From contig CAYSBJ010000002.1 of assembly GCA_964429275.1 (NCBI GenBank), forward strand, positions 176,245 to 240,244: 64,000 nt of DNA. The letters run 5' to 3'. The DNA is from an uncultured Pseudomonadota bacterium (lineage in GTDB: Bacteria; Babelota; Babeliae; Babelales; JAUPTZ01). Below, in pieces: positions 34,174-44,025 of this stretch. The number at the start of each line of letters is the position of its first letter. Position 1 is the first letter of the stretch. The notes beneath the pieces are model-generated. The model saw only the letters and a program-made list of their open reading frames with translations, was not told where the DNA came from and ran no database searches. The position numbers and the translations under genes were made by a program.

Positions 34174-35724
34174 TTAGAAGCTAAAGCCAAGCTTTGCCCA
34201 TACAGCCCAGGAATTAACCGAAGTGTTGTTTGAAGAAAGATCAACTTCTGCGCCGATAGCGGTGTGGACAGGCAGCGATAATTGAAAGCGGTATCCCGTG
34301 TCGATACCAACTTTATGAATTACTTGTATCGGTGTTGTAGCAGTATCTAAATCAAGTGCGTATGTGCCAGCAGTGTTGCCTGGATTCAGAATTGGATTGC
34401 CAACTGTTACTGGTGTTGCGTAGTAGTCAGCGGTGGCACTAAAGTTAAAAGCGCTGGTGCCGGCTGTAAATTCAGGAGAGCCGCTTCCCGTTACAAAGCC
34501 GCTGGAGACGATATTTGCGTACTGTGTGTTATTCCAGTTTCCCTTGAGCGTCAGTGATTCTTGTTGAGTGTAGAACAAGTTGTAGGTGACGTTTGCGGTG
34601 AAACGATTGTGGCAGTAGCAGAAGCCAACGATACTTTCTAGGCGACTGCCCGGAACCACGCTTACTGCAAGCGTTGACACGTTTGCAAGCGGCATGGCGT
34701 GTGTAGTGCCGTTAGAGCCAACCAAGCTATACTGACCTTGTGCGACATTGCCACTTGAGGTGTTGGTCATGCCAATCGTGCGAATCTGTTGTGCGCCAAA
34801 ACCATAGTTGTAATCAAATCCGGCGCGCATGCTAACGGAGCTGCTCTTGTCGTCGCTACGCCACAAGTTGAATCGTGCACTTAAGCCGCCGCCAAGAAAA
34901 ACGCTTCGGTTGCCAACATTTGGCTCAAAAGCAACTGAGCCGGTCGGCTTAGTGCCGGTTGGAATAAGTGCGTTAATCGATGCGTCAATGCGGTAGTCTT
35001 TTTCTTTTAAGAGAGTGTAACCAAGTGCGCAGCGTACATCGGCAACGTGCGTTGTGCTATTGTTAGTAGTCGTTAGTACTTGTTTAGTGAGTGCGTCTTG
35101 TGTTACCGGGCTTGTTTTGTCGAGATTTTTCCCGCCAAAGAAATCAGCAAGGCCTTTGCCGCCGCCTTTTGACGCGGAAGCCAATGAGTTTGCGACTGCA
35201 TTAGCATAGGTTGCTCCCGTATGTGTACGTACATATACGATTGCGCTGGAGACCGATGCCCAGAGGCCAGCAACAAAATTGCCAAGGCTTTGGTCCCATT
35301 GCAGCTGGGCGCCCGCTTCAAGGCGCTGTGGATTAAGGAGCACGGTGCCGTACATTTCATGGGTGTTATCGCTTGATGAGGTTGATTGTACGTCAATCTG
35401 TCCGCTCACTAAGCCGGTTGTTACCCCTGAGCCGAGAGCTACATCAATCATGGCGCTTGGATTTGCAGACGTTCCGTCACCAAGGTACTGTGCAAGCTTG
35501 GTATTGTTGTATGATTGGCGGTAGAAAGCAGCCGCAGTGAGCGTGCCACCAAACTTGCCTTTTCGTATGTGGTTACGTATGCAGCCTGTCTTGCTGATTA
35601 GTGTATTATTGCTTATGCTACCGCGACTCATCATAAAGGTTTTGTTTACTGCAGTGGCTTCGAGCATGCAAATACTAGAAAAAGTGGTCAGTGCCAAAAG
35701 GCTCTGTATGATTTTTTTCTTCAT
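34174..35724 (-). CDS. Beta-barrel outer-membrane protein paralog, the closest relative of 32224..33792.
   Basis: Blocks KTFMMSRG, FYRQSYNNTKLAQYLGDG, ADFFGGKN, FEPNVGNRSV, PLANVSTL. C-terminal VWAKLGFSF. Confidence 0.75.
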   Translation of the reverse strand: MKKKIIQSLLALTTFSSICMLEATAVNKTFMMSRGSISNNTLISKTGCIRNHIRKGKFGGTLTAAAFYRQSYNNTKLAQYLGDGTSANPSAMIDVALGSGVTTGLVSGQIDVQSTSSSDNTHEMYGTVLLNPQRLEAGAQLQWDQSLGNFVAGLWASVSSAIVYVRTHTGATYANAVANSLASASKGGGKGLADFFGGKNLDKTSPVTQDALTKQVLTTTNNSTTHVADVRCALGYTLLKEKDYRIDASINALIPTGTKPTGSVAFEPNVGNRSVFLGGGLSARFNLWRSDDKSSSVSMRAGFDYNYGFGAQQIRTIGMTNTSSGNVAQGQYSLVGSNGTTHAMPLANVSTLAVSVVPGSRLESIVGFCYCHNRFTANVTYNLFYTQQESLTLKGNWNNTQYANIVSSGFVTGSGSPEFTAGTSAFNFSATADYYATPVTVGNPILNPGNTAGTYALDLDTATTPIQVIHKVGIDTGYRFQLSLPVHTAIGAEVDLSSNNTSVNSWAVWAKLGFSF

Positions 35725-35966
35725 ACGGTTTTTCCCTGTGTTGTCGCTGTAAATTTAATTTTTACGCTGATTTGCGCGCAATAACTGTAAAGAACTGGTA
35801 AGACTGGCACAAGAAATTTGAAATATTCTCTTTAGACGCTTTTTCTGGCGCTTGTTTCTGCGGATATTTTAATTTTAACTACTCGTCTCTTGTGCAAAGC
35901 AGCAAACTCCTCGTATGATTTCCATTCAATGATCAAAAAGGCAACCACCCAAGAAAGGACATCTCT

Positions 35967-38588
35967 ATGATACAAACTCCGCAAACACCACCGGTCCGCG
36001 CGGTATCGCCCCTTGCGCGGTATGCGTCAGCCGAACGTTGTACGCTTCCCCACGAGCCAGCGCAGCCATTACCTGAGTTGCGCGATGTTTGGTTAGTACT
36101 TGGCGTTGCTGGATGTGCCTGGTTATTCTTGGCGCTGGCAAGTTTTAATGCGCAAGATTCTTCTTTTTTTACTATGGTCTTGCCGGCAACTGCGGTTACC
36201 AATTGGTGCGGCGCGCTCGGTGCTCACTGCGCAGCTTGGCTTTTTGTGGTTGCTGGTCCGGCGGCATGGGTTTTGGTAGCAATGTTTTTAAAAGCACTTT
36301 TTGTGCGCTCTGATAAACGGGTGGCCTACTATGTAATACAATTACTGTCCGGCAGCGTTATTATTAGCTCACTTGCTGTGTTGAGTTCAGTTTTTCATGT
36401 TGGTGTTGCAGGTGGTGGTATTGTTGGTAATGCACTATCTGCCTATTTGAGCGGCATTGGTGCGGTGGGTACCGGGCTCCTTGCAGGTACCACATTGTTC
36501 TTTTCTTCGCTTGTGTTTGTTCGGTTGACACTTCGTCAGTTTGTGTATGGTATTACAACGACCCTTTCATATGGATTTTATGGTATTTCATTAACATGGT
36601 ACTTTTTGCGTACTGGCATTACACATTTGTGGCCGCGCTCTGCAGATGCGTATGATAAGATGCCACCGCAACCCCCGGTGAGGCCGGCAACGCAAGAGCG
36701 GGTGCGTGAGCAAGATGTGTATCATATTCCTGATGTTGACCCAATTCCGGCCGGTGCTCATTGCCCACTTGGTAAAAAGCCCGAATCATCACAACACATC
36801 GAAATTAGTGACATTGCTGAAGCAAGTGCGCAGCTATCTTCCGCTGCGCCAACTGATGAGTCTTCATTTGCGCCACAAGAAGTGCCGCATGAATCATTTG
36901 TTTTTGATGACGAAGAAGAAGAGGCTGAGGAAGATGCCGTGATGCTTGATGGTTCCGAGCCGAGCAGGGGAGGGGATGCTGCTCAGACTCTTGCCGCAGA
37001 AGGTGAGGATGAGTCTTTAGATGACGAGGATGATGGAGATGAAGAAGCGGGCGACGAAGAAGATGATGACGAGAGTGGCAGTGGCGATGGTGGTGGCGGT
37101 TTTCATGGGGCGAAAGCTGACCAAAGCCTACTTGAAGAAGTAGAGCCCCAGGAGCCACCGTTGCCTTTTGATCTTGCGCCGCTCAATGAAATTTTTGATG
37201 CATGTGGTGCAACGCAACAGGATGAAGCCTTTATGGCGCGATGTCGGGAGCGAGCATCGATTTTAGAGGAAAAACTTACCCACTTCGGGATTACCGGTCG
37301 AGTGCTTAAAATTAAGCCCGGACCGGTAATTACTTTATTTGAGTATGAGCCAGAAGTTGGCACAAAAGTAAGTCGCATCTTGGCTCTTGAAGATGATTTG
37401 GCCCTCAGCTTGAAAGCCCTTAGCATTCGTATTCTTGCTCCTATCCCTGGAGAGTCGGTTGTTGGCTTTGAAATAGCAAACGAAAAAAGAGACTCTGTTA
37501 TGTTTGGTGATCTGATAGGGAAAGAAGGACTTACTGGCTCTCGTGCTCACTTGCCGTTGGCATTGGGGGTCGATATTACAGGCAATCCGGTTATTGCTGA
37601 TTTAGCGACGATGCCACATTTGCTGGTAGCAGGGGCAACTGGTTCTGGAAAATCAGTTGGTATGAACGTAATGCTCGTAAGCTTGCTGGCGCGTGTGACG
37701 CCAGATAAGGTGCGTATGATCCTTATTGACCCAAAACGGCTTGAATTTGCACCATATGCTGACATTCCTCATTTGCTTTTTCCGATTGTGACAAATCCGG
37801 CTGATGTCGGCCCAGTATTGAAATGGGTCGCTGAAGAAATGGAACTCCGCTATGAATTAATGGCACAAGTGGGCGTACGCAACATTGCGGAGTACCATAG
37901 ATTAGATAAATCGATGTGTTTTGCTAAAGAACGGGAAGCTGGGATCCACGTGCATGGTATGCCATACATGGTAATCATGATTGACGAGCTTGCTGATTTG
38001 ATGATGGTTGGTGGTCGAGAGATTGAAACGCTGATTGCCCGTATTGCACAAATGGCGCGTGCTGCTGGCATTCATATGATTGTGGCTACTCAGCGACCAT
38101 CGGTTGACGTGGTAACTGGTTTAATTAAGGCAAATTTCCCGAGCCGTGTTGCGTTCCGCGTTTCAAGCAAAATTGATTCTCGCACAATTCTTGATACATC
38201 CGGAGCCGAAAAGCTTTTGGGGCGCGGCGATATGCTCTATATGAGCCCGAGCAGCATGGGCGGCGTACAGCGCCTTCATGGAGCATACGTTACCGATGCA
38301 GAAATTGACCGATTAACCGACTATTTGAAAGCTCAGCGCCCAGCTTCTTATTTCTCGCTTAAGCAGGTAGTAGCGCAGCATACCGAGAGCGATGACGATT
38401 TGAACGACCCTCTTTATGATGAAGTACGTGAGTTTTTGCTGTCAGTTGATGAAATCTCAATTTCTTTGCTGCAGCGCAAGTATCGCGTGGGCTTTAATCG
38501 TTCGGCCCGTTTAATCGAGATGTTAGAGCGTGACGGCCACGTGGCAGCAGCGCAGGGAGGCAAGCCGCGACGAGTGCTTCGGGATTAA
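35967..38588 (+). CDS. ftsK: DNA translocase FtsK.
   Basis: N-terminal multi-TM region, acidic linker, then a motor domain with HLLVAGATGSGKSVGMN (Walker A), MPYMVIMIDELADLM (Walker B) and a gamma-domain-like C-terminus. Confidence 0.9.
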   Translation: MIQTPQTPPVRAVSPLARYASAERCTLPHEPAQPLPELRDVWLVLGVAGCAWLFLALASFNAQDSSFFTMVLPATAVTNWCGALGAHCAAWLFVVAGPAAWVLVAMFLKALFVRSDKRVAYYVIQLLSGSVIISSLAVLSSVFHVGVAGGGIVGNALSAYLSGIGAVGTGLLAGTTLFFSSLVFVRLTLRQFVYGITTTLSYGFYGISLTWYFLRTGITHLWPRSADAYDKMPPQPPVRPATQERVREQDVYHIPDVDPIPAGAHCPLGKKPESSQHIEISDIAEASAQLSSAAPTDESSFAPQEVPHESFVFDDEEEEAEEDAVMLDGSEPSRGGDAAQTLAAEGEDESLDDEDDGDEEAGDEEDDDESGSGDGGGGFHGAKADQSLLEEVEPQEPPLPFDLAPLNEIFDACGATQQDEAFMARCRERASILEEKLTHFGITGRVLKIKPGPVITLFEYEPEVGTKVSRILALEDDLALSLKALSIRILAPIPGESVVGFEIANEKRDSVMFGDLIGKEGLTGSRAHLPLALGVDITGNPVIADLATMPHLLVAGATGSGKSVGMNVMLVSLLARVTPDKVRMILIDPKRLEFAPYADIPHLLFPIVTNPADVGPVLKWVAEEMELRYELMAQVGVRNIAEYHRLDKSMCFAKEREAGIHVHGMPYMVIMIDELADLMMVGGREIETLIARIAQMARAAGIHMIVATQRPSVDVVTGLIKANFPSRVAFRVSSKIDSRTILDTSGAEKLLGRGDMLYMSPSSMGGVQRLHGAYVTDAEIDRLTDYLKAQRPASYFSLKQVVAQHTESDDDLNDPLYDEVREFLLSVDEISISLLQRKYRVGFNRSARLIEMLERDGHVAAAQGGKPRRVLRD

Positions 38589-38669
38589 CCGCGTTTTTTC
38601 TTGACACTGTTGTGCAATAGCGTAAGCTGTCGTCGTAAATTTATTAGTTGCAAGCAGGAGTTCCTCACT

Positions 38670-40115
38670 ATGCACATTAATGCACTTTTCATAAGTTCAT
38701 TGATTGCCGATTCGTGTTATGTGCGGTTTGATGAGAACGGAAATACCGTTCCTATACCGCTGCACCTTGCAACCGCATCGCTAGTGCCCATCACTCCTCA
38801 TTCTGAGCTTGTGGTTTCCGGAGCTACTTGGTGGAACTTGGATCCGACTATTCCAGACATTTCTGAATCTTTCTTGCAAGCATGCGCAAATGGTGTTTCA
38901 ACTGTGGTTGTTGCCCCGCATCATTACCAGCAGATTATGGCTTTACCGGTAGATGCGTGGAAAAATCTTGAATTTTTAATACTCCCTGATACGCGACAAG
39001 CATTATTTGAAGCGGCTACTTCCTGGCGCTCACAGTGCTTGGTGCCTATTGTTGCGGTGACTGGGTCGCTTGGTAAAACAACAACGGTTGATATGCTGAC
39101 TGCTATCTTTGCGGTGGACCGCTTACCGGTTTTGATTGTTCCGGCCGGGATCTCTTCGGTAGCTGAACTTGCTATAAAAATGCTGCATATTACAAGCAAG
39201 CATCTTGCGGCAGTATTTGAAGTAGGCACTATGCCCGCTGGTGAAATGCGTCGCTGTGCCGACCTTATGCGGCCGACAATCGCGATTATTACTGCAATTT
39301 GCCCTGCTTATTTGGAAGATAGTGGCGGGCTTGATCATATTGCGAGTGAAAAACAACAGATATTTTCCTATTTTAGCCCAAGCCAAGTTGGTATTGTGTG
39401 CGGCGACTATCCAATGTTGACCTCTCATTTTTACGAACATCCGGTAGTTCGCTTTGGGCTAAAGAATAAAAACGTGGTAACGGCACGTAAGGTAACATTC
39501 TTCCGTGACGAACATGGCATGAATAAAACAAAGCTTGTTCTACGTGTCTATGATTATGAACGTGAAGTAATTTTATCTGGGCACCATCGTGGACTTGTAT
39601 ATGGTGCATTGGCTGCTAGCGCACTCGCGCATTTTTTGTATGTACCGTTTGAAGTCATGGTAAAAGGCCTTGTAGCCTACGTTCCAACAGCCTGTGGATT
39701 GCATCAGTATGCATTGCGCGACGGTCGTGGCATGTTGATGCAAGATTCGCATAGCATCAGCCCTGAAAGTGTTAAAGCATCTTTGCATGCGGTTCATGAG
39801 AGTGGCACACTGCAGTCTCGTAAAATTGCAGTACTTGGTATGATCCCCTATTTGGGTCAGCGTACACCATTTTGGCATCGCCATGTGGGGCGAGAACTCA
39901 TTAAAACACGCAGCATTTCTGATATTGTTTTGGTTGGTGAAGATACCCGTCCAATTCGTGCCGTGGCTCCGGCAACAATGAATATTTGGCTTGCTTCAGA
40001 ATGGAGCGACGTGCAAGGGCAAGTCGAGCGCCTTTTGGCTCCTTCTGACAACGTGCTGCTTATTAGCGGTGCGGCGCCACTTTCTATGAATCGACTTGTT
40101 GCCGAATTGGTGTAG
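38670..40115 (+). CDS. murF: Mur ligase family protein, most like MurF (UDP-MurNAc-pentapeptide synthetase).
   Basis: VAVTGSLGKTTTVDMLTAIF P-loop, then EVG ... RPTIAIITAICPAYLE ... IASEKQQIF middle-domain blocks. Start placed at the ATG at 38670, after AGGAG. Confidence 0.55.
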   Translation: MHINALFISSLIADSCYVRFDENGNTVPIPLHLATASLVPITPHSELVVSGATWWNLDPTIPDISESFLQACANGVSTVVVAPHHYQQIMALPVDAWKNLEFLILPDTRQALFEAATSWRSQCLVPIVAVTGSLGKTTTVDMLTAIFAVDRLPVLIVPAGISSVAELAIKMLHITSKHLAAVFEVGTMPAGEMRRCADLMRPTIAIITAICPAYLEDSGGLDHIASEKQQIFSYFSPSQVGIVCGDYPMLTSHFYEHPVVRFGLKNKNVVTARKVTFFRDEHGMNKTKLVLRVYDYEREVILSGHHRGLVYGALAASALAHFLYVPFEVMVKGLVAYVPTACGLHQYALRDGRGMLMQDSHSISPESVKASLHAVHESGTLQSRKIAVLGMIPYLGQRTPFWHRHVGRELIKTRSISDIVLVGEDTRPIRAVAPATMNIWLASEWSDVQGQVERLLAPSDNVLLISGAAPLSMNRLVAELV

Positions 40116-40232
40116 AAACCATCTCTTTTTACTTATTTTTACTTAAATATTGTCATTGCCTGTTTGTTGGCATTAGGATGCGCTTACTATTCAACAAAAC
40201 CCTTTTAAAACCAGGCAGAAGAGAGGTGAAGC

Positions 40233-40784
40233 ATGGCAGAGCGTATAGCGAGCACTACGTTGAGCGATCATGAACGAGGTCTAATAGATACCGTTACCGG
40301 ATTACCTCATAAAATATTGCGATACCATTCCTTGGATGGTTTGTCTCAGATGGTTTTGCATGAGCTTGGCCATGATACGGGCTTTGGTTTTGATCGGGCG
40401 ACCTACTTGGTCGACAACCCAGATTTTGATCATTTGCTTGGGGTTGCAGGGTTTGATCGTCAAGAATGCAGCATGCATAAGAAAAACATTTGGGAGCATC
40501 CTGAAGGTTTTTGCAAAGATATGGAAGCAGCAGCGTTTAACAATAATGTTCGCAGAATCTTAAATAGTAGCGTGGCGCGCAAAGAGGTGAATTTGAACGA
40601 TGCTCATGATGTAAAGGCGCTTGGCTTTGAACTTGGCATTAAAAACCCGCAATTCTTTGCATGGGACATGAAGCATGGCAATCATGGTGTGTTTATCTAT
40701 GAAAAAAATGATAGCATTTGCCTTTGGCGACATGGCTTATTAAAGAATATGAGTTCGTTACTTGGGATGTGTGGACTGCACTAA
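40233..40784 (+). CDS. Hypothetical cytoplasmic protein, possibly GAF-like.
   Basis: 183-aa ORF. The pattern LSQMVLHELGHDTGFGFDRATYLVDNPDFDHLLGVAG resembles the core of a GAF domain. This is a weak call. Confidence 0.3.
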   Translation: MAERIASTTLSDHERGLIDTVTGLPHKILRYHSLDGLSQMVLHELGHDTGFGFDRATYLVDNPDFDHLLGVAGFDRQECSMHKKNIWEHPEGFCKDMEAAAFNNNVRRILNSSVARKEVNLNDAHDVKALGFELGIKNPQFFAWDMKHGNHGVFIYEKNDSICLWRHGLLKNMSSLLGMCGLH

Positions 40785-42079
40785 AAAGCAGACAAATCTT
40801 CTGGTTGTCGTGCTTGCAGGATTGCATTTTCCAGTGTTTGTAAGTCGAGCTCCTTCTTTCCTTGCGCAAGCATCGAATAGATCGTTTGCGCAACCAGTGA
40901 GTCTACTTGCCGTCCAACAAGTCCTTCTAGCTTTTGGCCTAACATTGTTTTCTCATTAATGATATCGGTGTGCAACGTAAAACTATTGTCTAAGATATGT
41001 TGCTTTAGGTACACATCAAGCAAGGCACGCAACTGTTCTTCGCCTGGTACGGAGAAGCGAATGCGGTTTGATGGGTCGATACGGTTGAGAAGCGCTTTGT
41101 CGATGCGATCTGGATAGTTTGTCGACAGAATAAACATCATATTGGTGTTAATAGCCCGTTCAAAGAAGCTGAGCATGGTGGTGGTTAAGTCGTTGGTCAT
41201 TTCATTAGCGTATTGTGAACCGCGGTCTGCAAACATAGTTTCTGCTTCGTCAAACACCAAGATTACCGGCACTTTGCTCTTGCTCGCCCAGCGTAACGTG
41301 TCAGCCAGCGCCGCCTGTGCTTTTGAGGCGCTACCAAGGCGCTTGAGGGCTGGTCCACGAACAATGACGTGATTGGCAAGTTTGTCTTCATAGAGTTTGC
41401 GCGCAAACGCTTGTGCTGCCATTGTTTTTCCGGTTCCCGCTGGTCCGTAGAACAGCATGTTGCTTAATGGCATGTGTTGTTTGAGTGCCAGTGTGAGACC
41501 AGTAAATTTCCCGAGTACTTTTTCTGCCAAACGTGGCTCCAAAATAACATTTTGCAGGTTTGAGGTAGGAACTTTAAAGCCGCGCCATTTCTCAAAGGGA
41601 CTGAGCATCGAAGTATCCGTGCGCTCAATAATAGTGGGTCGTGGTTGGTAGTAGTGACGTGCCGCAAAATAGGTCAAAATAGTGAGCATAACGCCGCCGG
41701 TTCCCAAAAGAAGAGCTTGGCGCTGACGCTTAGTGCCTTCTTCTAAGTCAGCCTTATGTTGGCGTTCAAGGCGGGGGGCATCGGCGATAGTTTTGGCAAT
41801 TTCTCGACGAGTTATCATTTTTTCTTGTGCGCCCATGAACATGGTATCCATATACCCGCCTGCACCTTTTTCTACAAGCCGCAGGTACATATCACCTACT
41901 TTTTCTGCGGTCGCAGGGCTGAGAATACTTTGTTGGCGCTTAATATCAGTAGCCATGGCATTCGAAAAACGGTTTAACATTTCTTTTACGCGTGCCTCGG
42001 CGTCTGCAGCGTGCAGAAGCGGCGTGCTTGTTGTTAGAAGTACGAAGAGCAGTGCTATGTATTTGGGTTTTATGTTCAT
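40781..42079 (-). CDS. Membrane-anchored AAA+ ATPase with ATAD3-like architecture.
   Basis: Signal or TM segment, coiled-coil region, TM segment ALLLGTGGVMLTILTYFAA, then Walker A LFYGPAGTGKT, Walker B VILVFDEAE and DKALLNRIDPSNRIRFSVPGEEQLRALL. Confidence 0.75.
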   Translation of the reverse strand: MNIKPKYIALLFVLLTTSTPLLHAADAEARVKEMLNRFSNAMATDIKRQQSILSPATAEKVGDMYLRLVEKGAGGYMDTMFMGAQEKMITRREIAKTIADAPRLERQHKADLEEGTKRQRQALLLGTGGVMLTILTYFAARHYYQPRPTIIERTDTSMLSPFEKWRGFKVPTSNLQNVILEPRLAEKVLGKFTGLTLALKQHMPLSNMLFYGPAGTGKTMAAQAFARKLYEDKLANHVIVRGPALKRLGSASKAQAALADTLRWASKSKVPVILVFDEAETMFADRGSQYANEMTNDLTTTMLSFFERAINTNMMFILSTNYPDRIDKALLNRIDPSNRIRFSVPGEEQLRALLDVYLKQHILDNSFTLHTDIINEKTMLGQKLEGLVGRQVDSLVAQTIYSMLAQGKKELDLQTLENAILQARQPEDLSAF

Positions 42080-42089
42080 ATGTTAGTCC

Positions 42090-43958
42090 TTAATCAGTCT
42101 TCTTATGGTTAAAAAGTGCAAAGAATTTATAAAGATTTTTTGTTGCAAGGCCAGCGAAAAAGAGGCTATTAACCACCCAGCGCGCCTTGAGCCGTTTGGC
42201 GTACACTACTTGTACATCGCTGAGGTGGCCGCTTATTTTTTTGGTTTTATTGATTTTGCTAAGCGCAGCACTGAGCAATGCCCGTCTCTTTGGGTATGCT
42301 TTTTCAACAAAGATCCGCATCTGAATTTCGTTGCCATCTTGTGCTATCGCTAAGAATTCTTTTTTATTTTGTACTATAGCGGTGATGATGTCTTTAATTG
42401 CTTGTCCATCAACATACCGTAAGGTAAGGAAGGCAATCAGGAACCGTCGTAAAAAATGCATTGATTGGCTGGTGACGAAATTGGTTGTTTTTTCGCTTTC
42501 TGCCTTTGTTTTTGGCTGTCCAACAAGAGCCTCTGAGAGTGCCTCGAGGGAAGAAAATCTACCGGTGGTTAATAGTTCAATTACGCTGTAGGCTGAAATT
42601 GGGATATGGGTGGCGTATTGGCTGGAAAAGTCGTTTACCTTTAAATTAAATATAGTGGTCAAGGGATTGGTAAATTTTTCTCGTATTTTATCCGATACAT
42701 ACGGACCAGCCAGATGTTTTTCAGCTTGATATACTGCTTCTTCCAATGCAGCGTACAAAAAAACAAAAGTGCGTATGTTTTTGTTGAATGGGTTCCATGG
42801 AATAAAGCGCAATTTCTTTGTGAGGTTTTCTTGCCATTTTTTCTCACGCACAATGGTGTGGCTCTGTGCCATTAATACTTTAGTTACAAAGTTTGTTCTT
42901 GCCCTTTTAATGCGCTGATACAGCAGCGATGTGGCAACTGTTTCTGCGCCAAGAAGGGCGATTTGTTTGCCAAATCCTTCATAAAAGCCAAATGCGAGGT
43001 CGAGGCGATTTTGTTGAATAATTTTGCCATCGAAGCGAAAGAAATGTTCATCAGTGAAAGTGCCGTTTTTAAGGCAACGCACTACCGTTGGTGCATCAAC
43101 TACACAATAATAAGAACCGGCAAAAGGAGCGACAGGTTCTAGAACTATGTCGTCTCTGTTTGGTGTGGCAGCGTTGCCTGGTAAGGTGCTGACTTCATAC
43201 CAGCGGCGGTGAGCTAGGTAGTTTTCCAGCAAGTTTAAGGGGCGTACTGTCTCATCAGTTTTTATAAAGATGCTATTATGTTCTGGAAGCGCTGCTAATG
43301 TCGCGGCATCAAGGATTTTTGTTGCTTCTTTATCAGCAAAAAGTCGATTTCCTTGAAAAGCCTCACGCAACTGCACTCGCAATTGCTCCTCTGCTTGTTG
43401 GGGTTTTCTGAACGGAAGAGGCTCTTCGCCGTCATCCTGGTCATCATCTTCATTCGGTATTTCGGCCTTGTTTGTGCTGAGGTTTATTAAATTTTCCTGG
43501 CTCTGCGGGGCAAAAGTATACCACCCAGACTTGTTGTTATTGGCAGGAATTTGCGTGGGTTCTGCCGGCAGAATAAAGGAGGCTTTGTTATGAGGTACGG
43601 TAGGAGTCACTACTCTAGGTTCTGAGTTAGTCTCTGTTGAAAAAGGGCGGCTTCCCACCGGCTTTTTTGGCGATGTTTTAATTGGCTCAAGTGGTATGCT
43701 CCAACAGTGTGGAGTAAAAAAAACTTTATTCCGACGGCGCATCTCTGAAGCAAAGAGGCTGTTCACCGCTACTCGTTGTGCTTCGCGAGACTGCTTTAAT
43801 AATTCAGGAAGCTGTTTTTCCAGGGTCTCGGTTTGTTTTTCTGTGGCTTCGATTGCTTGTTCAATCTGCAAAAGTGTTGCTTCATCAATCGCAGCTACAT
43901 CTGTTGGTAGAAGTGTGCGAGCAAGGCTGAGACAGAGTAAGAATGAACAAAAATACAT
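42090..43958 (-). CDS. Hypothetical 622-aa exported protein with a C-terminal TM anchor, coupled to the AAA+ gene.
   Basis: Signal peptide MYFCSFLLCLSLARTLL. C-terminal hydrophobic segment WVVNSLFFAGLATKNLYKFFALF. The 10-nt gap to the downstream AAA+ gene contains AAGGA. Confidence 0.6.
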   Translation of the reverse strand: MYFCSFLLCLSLARTLLPTDVAAIDEATLLQIEQAIEATEKQTETLEKQLPELLKQSREAQRVAVNSLFASEMRRRNKVFFTPHCWSIPLEPIKTSPKKPVGSRPFSTETNSEPRVVTPTVPHNKASFILPAEPTQIPANNNKSGWYTFAPQSQENLINLSTNKAEIPNEDDDQDDGEEPLPFRKPQQAEEQLRVQLREAFQGNRLFADKEATKILDAATLAALPEHNSIFIKTDETVRPLNLLENYLAHRRWYEVSTLPGNAATPNRDDIVLEPVAPFAGSYYCVVDAPTVVRCLKNGTFTDEHFFRFDGKIIQQNRLDLAFGFYEGFGKQIALLGAETVATSLLYQRIKRARTNFVTKVLMAQSHTIVREKKWQENLTKKLRFIPWNPFNKNIRTFVFLYAALEEAVYQAEKHLAGPYVSDKIREKFTNPLTTIFNLKVNDFSSQYATHIPISAYSVIELLTTGRFSSLEALSEALVGQPKTKAESEKTTNFVTSQSMHFLRRFLIAFLTLRYVDGQAIKDIITAIVQNKKEFLAIAQDGNEIQMRIFVEKAYPKRRALLSAALSKINKTKKISGHLSDVQVVYAKRLKARWVVNSLFFAGLATKNLYKFFALFNHKKTD

Positions 43959-44025
43959 GCAATAATCGGCTTTCCTCTAGAAATTTAAACCGAAATTGTT
44001 GCATGAAAAGCCAAAAAATACAAGA

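Noticed and set aside
36880-37090. The highly acidic linker (DDEEEEAEEDA...DDEDDGDEEAGDEEDDDESGSGDGGGG) in FtsK, considered as a possible inserted domain.
   Set aside because: FtsK linkers are naturally long, low-complexity and variable, so nothing here requires special explanation.
40350-40370. An HELGH (HExxH) motif in 40233..40784, suggesting a zinc metalloprotease.
   Set aside because: There is no third zinc ligand or Met-turn context. The surrounding pattern looks like the core of a GAF-type small-molecule-binding domain, so the motif is probably coincidental.
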